A DNA stretch of 64,000 nucleotides from an uncultured archaeon (GCA_964631205.1 CAZVWU010000002.1:69031-133030); one strand, 5' to 3'. Counted from the stretch's first letter, positions 27,388 through 36,522 are shown. The notes: generated from the letters alone by a model not told the origin. A program made the numbers and translations.

Positions 27388-28110
27388 CTATTCTATCCTT
27401 TTCAGCCTTTCGATCAGCTCTTCTTGCCTTGAAAGTTTGCAGAGGGCAAGAGGGATATTCTCGTGCTCCGCAATCATTTTTGCAACTGGGTCTATTGGGT
27501 TTTGGAGACCGTGGAGAATAACAAGGCCAGGTTTCAGGTTTGTGAGCTTGATTGCTACTATTGGTGTCCTTCCAGTCGAGACTTTTGTGAAGATAAGGGC
27601 GCGCTGTGTTGTGCTGCCGTAGATTTTTGCAAGGTCTTGGAAAGACATTTCTGTTATTGCGCGGATCGAATCTATAACTGTGTAGCCGTAGATTTCCTTG
27701 TTGTGGTCGTTGTTGTGGATGAACTCGGATTCGGTAGCTTTGCAAAAATCTGTCACCCCAACCCCCCCAAAAAATTCTTTTATATCAATTATGCTGTTTT
27801 CTGGGTTTGGCTTGGTCGTGTTGCAGAAGCTTTTCAGAATCTCTGCGCCCCTTTTTTCATCAAAAGATATCAGGGCTTCTATGTAACGTTTGATTATTTT
27901 TATTCCTGGGGATTTCCTTCTGCCTGATTCATAATCACAGACAACAGAAGGCGAGATGCCGAGCTCCCTTGCAAGCTCGTTTTGGGAGATCTTAAAAGTT
28001 GTCCTCCATTTTTTGAAAACTGCCCACGGTTCATTTGATAATATAATTTCGCTGGCAATGGTTTTTGAGAGCCTTATCTTGACATTAAATTCGTCAGAAA
28101 TTGTATCCAT
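27388..28110 (-). CDS. XRE-type HTH transcriptional regulator with C-terminal domain
   Basis: ISQNELARELGISPSVVCDYESGRR is a classic XRE/Cro HTH; ~150 aa C-terminal domain of unknown role. Confidence 0.7.
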   Translation of the reverse strand: MDTISDEFNVKIRLSKTIASEIILSNEPWAVFKKWRTTFKISQNELARELGISPSVVCDYESGRRKSPGIKIIKRYIEALISFDEKRGAEILKSFCNTTKPNPENSIIDIKEFFGGVGVTDFCKATESEFIHNNDHNKEIYGYTVIDSIRAITEMSFQDLAKIYGSTTQRALIFTKVSTGRTPIVAIKLTNLKPGLVILHGLQNPIDPVAKMIAEHENIPLALCKLSRQEELIERLKRIE

Positions 28111-28187
28111 GTTCGATAATTGGCTTATAGATTTAAAAAGTAATGTTTCTTACCACAAACCAAAAAATAAGGTTAGTTATAAGACTT

Positions 28188-28862
28188 CTAATCAAAAAGC
28201 AATACCCTACTATCCGGTCTCAGGTATTTGTCTACACGATCTAAATTCTTTGCCAAAAGAGATACTGCTTCTCTATAGGCCTGTCGAATCTGTTTTTTCT
28301 GATCAGGATTCAAAGGGGTTTTTGAGTCGCATATTACTTGTTCGCTGCCTTCTTTAATACCTGCTACAAATCCGACGTCCGCTATAATTCCACGATCTTT
28401 TGCATTAGTTAAATCTAAACCGTCCGTATTATAGTCGCTTATTTTTATTCTAACATCTCTCTTGTAGGATCTTGAATTAACATTTAAAACGTCTTCAGAA
28501 TTTTCGTGTGTTAGCCAGAAATCAAACTCTGTGTCTTGGCACCTGTTTATTGCCTCAAGAACAAACCCATTCCCTTTAGTTCTCAAATAATCTGCAATTG
28601 CTTTGGCGCACTTTGATGTGAAATCTGTGGTTGTAGTTTCTGTGTCAAGACGTGTGGATCCGGGTTTTAATGACGAACCTCCATATCGTTGCTTTTGCTG
28701 TTCGTCTCCTGATTTGGTTTCCTGATTTAAAGTATCGACTTGTCTTTTATAGACCGGTTCTTTGCTCACACACCCACCAAACAACGGCAAAACTGTAGCA
28801 CCTGCTAATGTGAACGCCTGCGCCGTTCGCGCTAAATATGAATTGTTGGTTCTCATAACCAA
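28188..28862 (-). CDS. putative secreted lipoprotein
   Basis: N-terminal hydrophobic segment ending LFGGC (lipobox-like). No family recognised. Confidence 0.45.
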   Translation of the reverse strand: MVMRTNNSYLARTAQAFTLAGATVLPLFGGCVSKEPVYKRQVDTLNQETKSGDEQQKQRYGGSSLKPGSTRLDTETTTTDFTSKCAKAIADYLRTKGNGFVLEAINRCQDTEFDFWLTHENSEDVLNVNSRSYKRDVRIKISDYNTDGLDLTNAKDRGIIADVGFVAGIKEGSEQVICDSKTPLNPDQKKQIRQAYREAVSLLAKNLDRVDKYLRPDSRVLLFD

Positions 28863-28940
28863 TTTTATAACCTTGGGGTTTATAAAGGTTTTCCTCAGTT
28901 ATTACTTTTAAATAGCATCCTTGTAAATGTACAACCATAA

Positions 28941-29144
28941 ATATAACATTGTTATATAGTTATTTATTTTCCAGCGACACCCCCCCATTTCTAATGGAAA
29001 ATGCCTTTAAAACTAAAAGTAATTAATTAAATTATAACATTGTTATATTTTAAGTTGTTTGTTTTTAATTTATTTAATCTCCATATGAAATTGTGGGGTG
29101 TCCTACTAATATAACACTGTTATACACCTTAACTTCACATGGAG
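28941..29144. other. candidate replication origin (ORB-like inverted repeats, AT-rich unwinding region, three palindromes)
   Basis: Minus-strand TTCCATTAGAAATGGGGGGGTGTC at 28976-28999 and plus-strand CTCCATATGAAATTGTGGGGTGTC at 29079-29102. A ~78-nt stretch between them has only ~10 G/C. Palindromes at 28942-28956, 29033-29047 and 29110-29124. A weaker ORB-like element is at 29125-29144. Lies directly upstream of orc1/cdc6. Confidence 0.6.
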
Positions 29145-29206
29145 TTTTTAAGTTAAGAGAACATAATTTATTATCTTTTTATTTCTTATGGAACCCCAGG
29201 GAGCTT

Positions 29207-30406
29207 ATGGCTAAACAGCAAACTTTCCAAGACATCTTTTCGAATTATGAGCTTGCAAGCTTGTCTGTTTTTAAAAATAAAGACGTTTTAAGCCCGGATT
29301 TTATCCCAGAAGTCGCTGTCCACAGGGAAAAGCAAATAAAGCAGATAGCCTCAATCCTTGCCCCCTGCCTAAGGAACCTGAAAGTCTCCAACATCTTCCT
29401 TTTTGGCAAAACCGGCACTGGAAAAACAGTCTGCGTCAAGCAAGTCACCCAAGACCTTGAGAAACGCGCGAATAGGATAAAAATTATCTACATCAACTGC
29501 AAAATGAAAAGGGTCTCTGACACAGAATACCGCCTGCTCGCAGAACTTTGCCGTTCCTTCGGCAAGAAAATCCCGCCAACAGGCCTGCCGACAGATGAGA
29601 TCTACAGGATTTTTTACGAGTCAATTGAAGCAGAGAAAAAAAGCATAATTCTTGTGCTGGATGAAATAGACACCCTTGTAAAAAAAACAGGCGACGAGCT
29701 GCTCTACAACCTCACAAGAATCAACCAAGACCTTAAAAACTCAAAAATCTCAATAATTGGGATCTCAAACGATATCATGTTTATTGAAAATTTAGATCCG
29801 AGAGTGAAATCCTCGCTCTCTGAAGAAGAAATCCTTTTCCCGCCATACAACGCCCACCAGCTTCAGGACATCCTTACCCAAAGGACAGAGCAGGGCTTCA
29901 ATCCGTCTGCAGTTGAGCAGGGTGTGATAACAAAATGCGCAGCCCTTGCAGCACAGGAACACGGCGATGCGAGGAAAGCCCTTGACCTCCTGAGAATAGC
30001 CGCAGAACTCGCAGAAAGGGAAAACAAGCCAAAAGTCCTTTTGTCGCACGTGGATATAGCAGAAGAAAAGCTTGATCTTGACAAAACAGTTGAGATAGTT
30101 AAAACCCAGCCAAAGCAGTCGCTTGCTGTCCTTGCAGCCACAATAAGGCTTGTAGAAGCAGGAAGGAAAAACATCCAGACAGGTGACATTTTCGAGCTCT
30201 ACCAGCAGCTCTGCCCCAACGCCGGCCTAAAAAACCTCACACAAAGGAGAGTCTCCGACCTTATAGGGGAACTTGATATGCTTGGCATCCTGACGACAAA
30301 AGTCATCTCAAAAGGCCGCTACGGCAGGACCCGCGAGATCCGCCTCCTTTTAAGCAAGCCGGTTATTGAAAAGATAAAGAAAGTCCTTACTGAAAACTAC
30401 CTCTAA
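29207..30406 (+). CDS. cdc6: Orc1/Cdc6 replication initiator
   Basis: Walker A GKTGTGKT, Walker B LVLDEID, sensor regions and a C-terminal winged helix. Start moved to the ATG at 29207 because the upstream extension covers the ORB elements. Confidence 0.95.
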   Translation: MAKQQTFQDIFSNYELASLSVFKNKDVLSPDFIPEVAVHREKQIKQIASILAPCLRNLKVSNIFLFGKTGTGKTVCVKQVTQDLEKRANRIKIIYINCKMKRVSDTEYRLLAELCRSFGKKIPPTGLPTDEIYRIFYESIEAEKKSIILVLDEIDTLVKKTGDELLYNLTRINQDLKNSKISIIGISNDIMFIENLDPRVKSSLSEEEILFPPYNAHQLQDILTQRTEQGFNPSAVEQGVITKCAALAAQEHGDARKALDLLRIAAELAERENKPKVLLSHVDIAEEKLDLDKTVEIVKTQPKQSLAVLAATIRLVEAGRKNIQTGDIFELYQQLCPNAGLKNLTQRRVSDLIGELDMLGILTTKVISKGRYGRTREIRLLLSKPVIEKIKKVLTENYL

Positions 30407-30439
30407 TTATAATTTAAAGCTTTCTTCAAATATCTAAAC

Positions 30440-30886
30440 ATGGTCAGAAGATCCATGTTTGGCGTGGCTGGAGCGATTTCAGGCGCCCTTTTACTGGGGT
30501 ATGGTTTAGGGTATAGAGCACATACAGGGAAACCCAGAAAAGCAGCAGACGATTATGCAAGTACAACAGTGCCTGGCGGCACCGGGCCTCACTGGCTTGA
30601 ACCGCTGAAAAGCCAGAGGCATAGGGATCGCTATAACATTATATGCAGATTGAGTGGGATTAGAGAAGATGCGATTGTCAGTATTGTCGCACAAAGTCTG
30701 CCTACGCGCCAAAATAACGGCAATTATATTTTTAGCGGGATAATAAGCATCCATTATGTAGAGCCTATACAAAAAGGAAACGATTGCACTATACAATTAA
30801 CCGACATTGACAATGATGGGATTAATGATCTAATTATCCGCCAAAAACCCAGGGAACGAACGACCAATTACCTGAAAAAGTTTTAA
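30440..30886 (+). CDS. membrane-anchored hypothetical protein
   Basis: N-terminal TM and C-terminal DIDNDGINDL (Ca-binding-like DxDxDG). Confidence 0.45.
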   Translation: MVRRSMFGVAGAISGALLLGYGLGYRAHTGKPRKAADDYASTTVPGGTGPHWLEPLKSQRHRDRYNIICRLSGIREDAIVSIVAQSLPTRQNNGNYIFSGIISIHYVEPIQKGNDCTIQLTDIDNDGINDLIIRQKPRERTTNYLKKF

Positions 30887-30903
30887 TTTTCAGCAATATC
30901 AAC

Positions 30904-31764
30904 ATGGAAAAATCCGAAATAGTGAATAAGTTTTTGCAGGAAGGCTTTTTATTATCACCAAAAATATTGGATAAGCTGACTGAAGAAAAAATAAGTCAGT
31001 TGCTTCCAGAAATCAAAACAAAAAATATTTTAGTTTTAACTGAATTGGATGAACCTGAAATAACTTTTACAATAAAAAAACAGGCAAAGCCAAAATCCGT
31101 GACAGTGAAAGACATAGCTGAATACTACAGCAAAAAATATTCCGCCATTAAAACCATCCTTTCAGCTAAACTCGACCCGATCTCAATAAACAACCTGAAA
31201 AACGGGAGCCAGCAGACAATAATAGGCCTAATCTCAGGAAGCGGCGCTGCCTTTTTTGCTGAGGATTCAACAGGAAAAATTGAATTGGTTTGCGACAAAC
31301 AAATGCAGCAAAATTCGATTCTGGGATTGGCAGGCCAGGTGAAAGAAAACAAATTTTTTGTTTCAGGCGTTTTTTATCCTGACATCCCTTTAGACAAAAA
31401 AATAAAAGAAATAGATTTTAAGCTGATATTTAGACTAGAAAAGGGCCAGCCGATAATTCTTGTAAACGGAAGAGAAATAAAGGATTTTCCAATGCCAACC
31501 ACAGCCTCAATTAAAAAAGGCCAAACAACCAATATTTTAGTCTACAAGCCAGAACAACCCTTAACCAAAAACCAGCTGGTAGAAGCCCTGAAATTAAGGT
31601 GCCTCCCGGAGCCCAAAATACCATCAGAAAATTATATAATCGAAGATGAGCCAGACCTGTTCTGGGTAATACAAAAGGACAGCTGGGTAGAAAATTATAA
31701 GGGGGTCAAAATAATCTCTGGCGAATCAGCTGAAATTGGCGCGGAACCGGGAAAATACATATAA
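30904..31764 (+). CDS. DP1 / polymerase B-subunit-like protein with OB fold and a reduced, catalytically dead phosphoesterase remnant
   Basis: DP1-like N-terminus (IVNKFLQEGFLLSPKILDKL). OB-fold segment IIGLISG..FFAEDSTGKIELV..ILGLAGQV..FFVSGVFYPDIPL. C-terminal NYIIEDEPDLFWVIQKDSW sits where DP1 has PDIF..GHxH. The 286-aa protein contains no histidine. Confidence 0.6.
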   Translation: MEKSEIVNKFLQEGFLLSPKILDKLTEEKISQLLPEIKTKNILVLTELDEPEITFTIKKQAKPKSVTVKDIAEYYSKKYSAIKTILSAKLDPISINNLKNGSQQTIIGLISGSGAAFFAEDSTGKIELVCDKQMQQNSILGLAGQVKENKFFVSGVFYPDIPLDKKIKEIDFKLIFRLEKGQPIILVNGREIKDFPMPTTASIKKGQTTNILVYKPEQPLTKNQLVEALKLRCLPEPKIPSENYIIEDEPDLFWVIQKDSWVENYKGVKIISGESAEIGAEPGKYI

Positions 31765-31786
31765 GCTTTGTTAAACAAATCATTTT

Positions 31787-31999
31787 ATGGCAGAGTACAA
31801 ATCCAGAGGTTTGGGGCTGCTAAAAGAAAATTACAATAAAACCCTTGCTGCCATAGGCGCCACATGTATAGGCGGAGGCGTGCTTCTTGATCATGGGAAT
31901 TCCCCATATTGCTGGGTTGGCGCTATGATTGGCCTGCTAACAGCAGCCACTATTTATCAACAGCTTGAAGAGTACCTAATTGAAGCCAGAAGGAAATAA
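31787..31999 (+). CDS. small membrane protein (70 aa)
   Basis: Two hydrophobic segments; no homology recognisable. Confidence 0.35.
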   Translation: MAEYKSRGLGLLKENYNKTLAAIGATCIGGGVLLDHGNSPYCWVGAMIGLLTAATIYQQLEEYLIEARRK

Positions 32000-32701
32000 T
32001 CACTTCTTCTCTTTCTTCGTTTCTTCAGCAGATTTCATCTCAGCTTTAACCTTGTTCCCTTCGATCTCTACAATCCCATATTTCCCGTTAATCACAGGCC
32101 CCGGATAAAACAAAACAGTGCCGCCAAGCTTGTCTTCCCCAGCCCCTTCGTGTATGTGCGCTGAAATGCAAAGCGCGGGCTTTTTAGCCAAAATAAACTC
32201 CCTTATGGATTTGGAGCCGACATGCTCGCCTGACAAAATCTTGTCAAGCTTAGTGTCCTTTGGCGGATTGTGCACAACCAAAACAAATTTTCCTGCTTCC
32301 AGTTTTTTAGAATTATAATCCAAGCCCTCCTTAACCTCTGCCTCTGTTGGCTCAAAAACTGTCCTGAACGGCGTCTCAGCTCCCCCAAAACCAATAAACT
32401 CGATGCCAGAAACCATCCTTGCTTTCGAATGGATATTGATCCCATACTCCTCAAATAAATCCACAACCTCATAAGGGTCATGGTTTCCGGGAATGCAGAG
32501 CAAAGGTTTTTTCAGCAAAAGCAGTTTCTGGACAACCATATCCGCCACATCAACCTGCTCGAGATCCAGCGGGCTGTCAAAACAGTCTGTAAGGTTTCCA
32601 GCACAAACAACCAAATCAACCCTTTCCTTTCCAGCCTTCTCCAGAACCTCATCCAGCTTGTCCAGCCTACTGTGTATGTCAGCCAGCACCAATATTCGCA
32701 T
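32000..32701 (-). CDS. calcineurin-like metallophosphoesterase
   Basis: ILVLADIHS, GNLTD, IPGNHD, VVHNPP and SAHIHEG motifs. Confidence 0.8.
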   Translation of the reverse strand: MRILVLADIHSRLDKLDEVLEKAGKERVDLVVCAGNLTDCFDSPLDLEQVDVADMVVQKLLLLKKPLLCIPGNHDPYEVVDLFEEYGINIHSKARMVSGIEFIGFGGAETPFRTVFEPTEAEVKEGLDYNSKKLEAGKFVLVVHNPPKDTKLDKILSGEHVGSKSIREFILAKKPALCISAHIHEGAGEDKLGGTVLFYPGPVINGKYGIVEIEGNKVKAEMKSAEETKKEKK

Positions 32702-32740
32702 ATCTACTAATCTAATTATTACTTTAAATAACTATACTAT

Positions 32741-33499
32741 ATGAAATCCTTTATACTAAAGACGGCAAAAGAACAGAACATAATCCCCCTTTTTTATGCA
32801 GAGTCCGGGAGTAGATTATGGGGATTCCACTCAAAAGACTCTGATTTTGATATAAGGGGAATCCACCTCATTCCAAGAGAAGATTATTTTAAAATAACCA
32901 AATCAAAAGATGTGGTCGAAATAATGGAAAGCGAAAAAGACTTTGTAAGCTTTTCCATAGACAAGGCCTTCTCCTTACTTTCCTCAAGCAACCCAAGTTT
33001 ATTAGAATGGTTCAGGGGGGATGTGATTTATTTGAATAATATTAAAGGCTATGAAAAACTAAAGTCCGAAGTCCTAAAAAATATAAACCTGAAAGCCCTT
33101 TACCATCACTATGTAAGCATGGGCAAACAAAATTACATAAAATATGTGGAAAAAGAAAAACAATTTACTTACAAAAAAATCCTGTATGTGCTGCGCGGAC
33201 TGTTATCAGCCATTTATATATACAATAAAAACAAAGCCCCGCCTCTTAGAACAGAAAATCTCATAAAAGAATTGGATTTTGAGAAGCCTGCAGAAAACCT
33301 ATTAAACGCGATTCTTGAGAAAAAAAAGGCAGGCTCTGAAAAGCAATTGGTTAAGGAAAAGGATTCTGTAAGAAAAATAATAGATTCGTTATTCGATAAA
33401 ACAAATAAATTGTCAGCTCCAGTTACCGGAAATAAAAAGAAGCTTCTGGAAACACTCAATTCCTTTTCAATAAAAATAAAAGAGGAACAGTACCTATGA
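32741..33499 (+). CDS. predicted nucleotidyltransferase (RlaP/YcgL-like)
   Basis: LFYAESGSRLWGFHSKDSDFDIRGIH matches the GS-x-G...DxD pol-beta-type NTase core. Confidence 0.65.
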   Translation: MKSFILKTAKEQNIIPLFYAESGSRLWGFHSKDSDFDIRGIHLIPREDYFKITKSKDVVEIMESEKDFVSFSIDKAFSLLSSSNPSLLEWFRGDVIYLNNIKGYEKLKSEVLKNINLKALYHHYVSMGKQNYIKYVEKEKQFTYKKILYVLRGLLSAIYIYNKNKAPPLRTENLIKELDFEKPAENLLNAILEKKKAGSEKQLVKEKDSVRKIIDSLFDKTNKLSAPVTGNKKKLLETLNSFSIKIKEEQYL

Positions 33500-33864
33500 A
33501 AACTTATGCAAAAGGCGCGCGCGCGGAGCTCGAGCTCCTGCATTTTTTAAATTCAAAAGGCTTTGCAGTAATAAGGGCGCCTTCTTCCGGAGGAGACCTT
33601 TCACCTGTTGATGTGGTCGCAATAAAGAGAGGGCTGATAATCGCAATAGAATCCAAAAACCATGCCAAGAAACCAAAGCTCCCACAGGACAGAATAGACC
33701 GCCTGAAAGAATGGTCAGACAAAGCCGGAGCTATCACCTTTTTAGGCTGGCGCACAAAAAACAAATGGCTTTTCCTCCAGCTAAAAGACGTGATAGAAAA
33801 CAAGTATGGGGACGAGAACTGGTTTGGGATGGAAAATTTTCTAAACGCTTTGGATTTCAGATAG
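33496..33864 (+). CDS. hjc: Holliday junction resolvase Hjc
   Basis: KGARAELELLHFLNSKGFAVIRAPSSGG...DVVAIK...IESK layout of archaeal Hjc. ATGA overlap with the upstream gene. Confidence 0.85.
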   Translation: MKTYAKGARAELELLHFLNSKGFAVIRAPSSGGDLSPVDVVAIKRGLIIAIESKNHAKKPKLPQDRIDRLKEWSDKAGAITFLGWRTKNKWLFLQLKDVIENKYGDENWFGMENFLNALDFR

Positions 33865-33877
33865 AAAAATTAAAACA

Positions 33878-35251
33878 TCACTTTTTATTTGCCCTCAAAA
33901 TCTCCCCATACCTGACAAGAGCAGCGATACCCTTCACTGCCCTCTCAGGCGTTATATAGGTGGGTATCCCCCTTTTCTCCAAATCTGCCAAACACCTCTT
34001 TGTGAATTCGCCGCCTGTTGCGCACACAACAATCGGCTTCTGCGTTTTATTTTTTATCTCTGAGATCACATCAATAACAGAAGGCTGCAAGGAAACTGTC
34101 TGGAACAGGGAAATAACAATTATCCCATCCACATTTTTGTCTTTAACCAAAATTTCTAAAGCCCCCCTGTACCTTTCCTGATCCGCATCCCCAACAAGGT
34201 CAAGCGGATTGTGGACAGCCCCATAAGAGGGCAGAACTCCCTTCAAAAGCCCTATTGCTTCAGGGGAAAACTCTGCAAGTTCCAGCCCGCTTTCAATCAC
34301 TGAATCTGAAGTTATAACCCCGAACCCGCCGCCATTCGTGACAACAGCAATCCTTTTGCCTTTGGCAGTGGCTTGCTTTTCCAATGCCTTTGCAAAGTCA
34401 AAAATATCCTCAATACTCTCTGCTTCAATTATTCCTGCCTGCCTGAAAGCGGCCCTGTAAATATCGTAAGACCCTGCGAGAGCCCCAGTGTGCGATGTAG
34501 CGGCCGACGACCCTTTTTCTGTTTTGCCTGCCTTGAAAATTATTAGAGGTTTTTTGGCAGAAATTTTCCTGGCAATATCCATGAACTTCCTGCCATCTGA
34601 TACGCCTTCCATATACATCACAATCACCTTTGTTTTTTCATCCTCGCCCAAATACTCCAAAAACTCAACATCCTTCACTCCAGCCTGGTTCCCATAAGAA
34701 ACAAATTTTGCAATACCAATCCCCTGGTCTGCGATCATGTCCAGCAAGGTAGACCCAAAAGCGCCTGACTGGGAGAGAAAAGAGATCCAGCCCTCTTTCG
34801 GCCTCCTCAGCTTTGTTTTGGGCAAAAATAAGGTGTCAACCTGCGACTGCGCATTGAAAATCCCAAGGCAGTTCGGCCCTAAAATCCTTGTCTTGCTCCC
34901 TTTCACTGTTTTCAAAAGCTCTTCCTCGGATTTTTTATCCCCTGCCTCAGAATAGCCAGAGGTGACAACCACAATAGCTGGAATTTTCTTTTTCACGCAT
35001 TCCTTCAAGACCTTTGCAACAGCCTCCTTCGGAACAGCAACAACAGCGAGATCTACAGCCTCCTTTATCTCCAGCACAGACTTGTAAGCCTTCAAAAACA
35101 TTATCTCCTGCTCGTGGGGGTTCACAGGATATATCTCGCCCTTATATCCATCCTTCAGCGCCTCGAGTATAGAGAACCCAACCTTGCCCCTTTCCTTTGA
35201 GGCCCCTATAACAGCAACTGATTTCGGGTTAAAAAAAGCATCAAGATTCAT
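33878..35251 (-). CDS. ADP-forming acetyl-CoA synthetase alpha-type subunit (CoA-binding + ligase-CoA domains)
   Basis: FFNPKSVAVIGAS N-terminus and GPNCLGI motif. Start moved to the ATG at 35251; the longer ORF extension runs into the divergent promoter and palindrome. Confidence 0.8.
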   Translation of the reverse strand: MNLDAFFNPKSVAVIGASKERGKVGFSILEALKDGYKGEIYPVNPHEQEIMFLKAYKSVLEIKEAVDLAVVAVPKEAVAKVLKECVKKKIPAIVVVTSGYSEAGDKKSEEELLKTVKGSKTRILGPNCLGIFNAQSQVDTLFLPKTKLRRPKEGWISFLSQSGAFGSTLLDMIADQGIGIAKFVSYGNQAGVKDVEFLEYLGEDEKTKVIVMYMEGVSDGRKFMDIARKISAKKPLIIFKAGKTEKGSSAATSHTGALAGSYDIYRAAFRQAGIIEAESIEDIFDFAKALEKQATAKGKRIAVVTNGGGFGVITSDSVIESGLELAEFSPEAIGLLKGVLPSYGAVHNPLDLVGDADQERYRGALEILVKDKNVDGIIVISLFQTVSLQPSVIDVISEIKNKTQKPIVVCATGGEFTKRCLADLEKRGIPTYITPERAVKGIAALVRYGEILRANKK

Positions 35252-35299
35252 ATAGATTGTTTGGTTTTTCGCAATAAATAGGGCTGCAACAGCCACATA

Positions 35300-35314
35300 C
35301 ATAACAGTGTTATA
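35300..35314. promoter_or_regulatory. palindrome copy 6 (cATAACAgTGTTATA) in a divergent promoter region
   Basis: Read directly. Lies between the starts at 35251 (-) and 35379 (+). Confidence 0.6.
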
Positions 35315-35378
35315 TCTGATGGCATAAGGGGCTCTCTCTTCATATGCACTTAAACCCAAGGAACCAGATAGTAAAAGT

Positions 35379-36359
35379 ATGGATAATGACACAAGGCTCT
35401 TGGAAATGGCACTCAGAACAGAACCCACAGACATTAAAACAGCCTTGCGTTTCTCCAACGCTTATCTAAGGAGCGGCGAGTTAAGGGAAGCTTACCTGAC
35501 ATTGCTGGAAGCAGATGCAGTGTTTCCAGACATCCCTGAAGTGAAAGCGTTGCTAAACCAAATCAATCTCACAGACTTCGCAAATTACGAAATGGTTTCA
35601 GGCAGAAATTATAACGACGGCCTCCAAACTTTGAGAGCTGGAGACACTTCGCTTCAACCATATGTTATAATAGATGGCGAAAAGCTTGCAAGGCCTCTAG
35701 ACCTATCGGAGATCGCTAAATCAAGGCTGGAAGAATATGCTCTAATAGATGACCAAAGGCTTGCAAGGCCTCTAGATGGCCTATGGGAGATCTTTCTATG
35801 GAAGATCCTTAAATTAAGGCTGGAAGACCCATGGGAGATCGGTAAATCAAGGCTGACAAACCCAATCCCGTCAGGTGAACATCAGAAGTCCTGTGCAGCA
35901 ATAGCTTATAGAGCAGAAGACCCTGATAATTTCAAGTTCATTCGAAGATCAAAAGAACTCATAATACTTCAAAGAAACCCCAGCAGATACCTCCGACTCG
36001 AACCAGGCCAATACGAAAATATCGCCGGAACAGTTCTGAACAGAAAAAGGGCAAAATACAGGAAACCTTTAGAAGAAAAGGAAGTATTGGATCACGAGGG
36101 CTGGAACGCCATTATTCCGGATCCGGAATTGTTAAAAGATTATGTAAAACTAGCATTCGCCGAGCTTAAAATGAACCCCATACACGCAGACACGGAGAAA
36201 GGAATGACTTTCGATATAAGGTCGCAAGAAGAAATATCAGAAATAACTGAAGATCGGCTGCACGCTCTGGACATGTACTACCTCAGCTTCGGCTCTGGTA
36301 CGAGCGACAGACACGACCTTACCAGCAGTCCGCAGTTCGCCCGAGTAGTCCCAAAGTAA
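35379..36359 (+). CDS. hypothetical protein with TPR-like N-terminus and internal tandem repeats
   Basis: Long ORF with repeated LARPLD...EI(A/G)KSRLE peptide units. Confidence 0.5.
   Translation: MDNDTRLLEMALRTEPTDIKTALRFSNAYLRSGELREAYLTLLEADAVFPDIPEVKALLNQINLTDFANYEMVSGRNYNDGLQTLRAGDTSLQPYVIIDGEKLARPLDLSEIAKSRLEEYALIDDQRLARPLDGLWEIFLWKILKLRLEDPWEIGKSRLTNPIPSGEHQKSCAAIAYRAEDPDNFKFIRRSKELIILQRNPSRYLRLEPGQYENIAGTVLNRKRAKYRKPLEEKEVLDHEGWNAIIPDPELLKDYVKLAFAELKMNPIHADTEKGMTFDIRSQEEISEITEDRLHALDMYYLSFGSGTSDRHDLTSSPQFARVVPK
35668..35850 (+). repeat. imperfect ~75-90 bp tandem repeats inside a CDS
   Basis: gcttgcaaggcctctaga...gagatc...aaatcaaggctggaaga recurs 2.5 times. Confidence 0.7.
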
Positions 36360-36447
36360 ACTTTTGCTCCAAAAGTTTAATCAAAAAGGGAGGCTAAATT
36401 TCCTTCGCTATTGCTCGGAAATTTTACGGCTTCCACTACCGAAGGCG
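36357..36447 (+). repeat. multi-hairpin repeat family, copy B
   Basis: TAAACTTTTGCTCCAAAAGTTTAATCAAAAAGGGAGGCTAAATTTCCTTCGCTATTGCTCGGAAATTTTACGGCTTCCACTACCGAAGG aligns along its length with the reverse complement of 63421-63523. Confidence 0.75.
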
Positions 36448-36522
36448 AGGCGGAAATTGGGGCCAAAACTATTCAAATAAGCATAACCATGATTATAACA
36501 AGAAAACATATTCTGAAATCCT

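Noticed and set aside
28942-29124. Three evenly spaced short repeats that could be mistaken for a mini CRISPR array
   Set aside because: The repeats are only 15-17 nt, are themselves perfect palindromes, and are unevenly spaced (91 and 77 nt). They sit among ORB-like elements next to orc1/cdc6, and no cas genes are present.
32000-32701. Metallophosphoesterase as the 'missing' phosphoesterase half of a split DP1
   Set aside because: It is on the opposite strand and has a complete generic calcineurin-like motif set of the small stand-alone type. It has no OB-fold linkage, and the DP1-like protein keeps its own C-terminal PDE remnant. There is no sequence support for a split gene.
35252-35458. 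N-terminal 69-codon extension of ORF 33878..35458
   Set aside because: The conserved ACD N-terminus (MNLDAFFNPKSVAVIGAS) begins at the ATG at 35251. The extension overlaps the divergent gene start and the palindrome. The 29093-29206 extension of orc1/cdc6 was trimmed likewise because it covers ORB elements.
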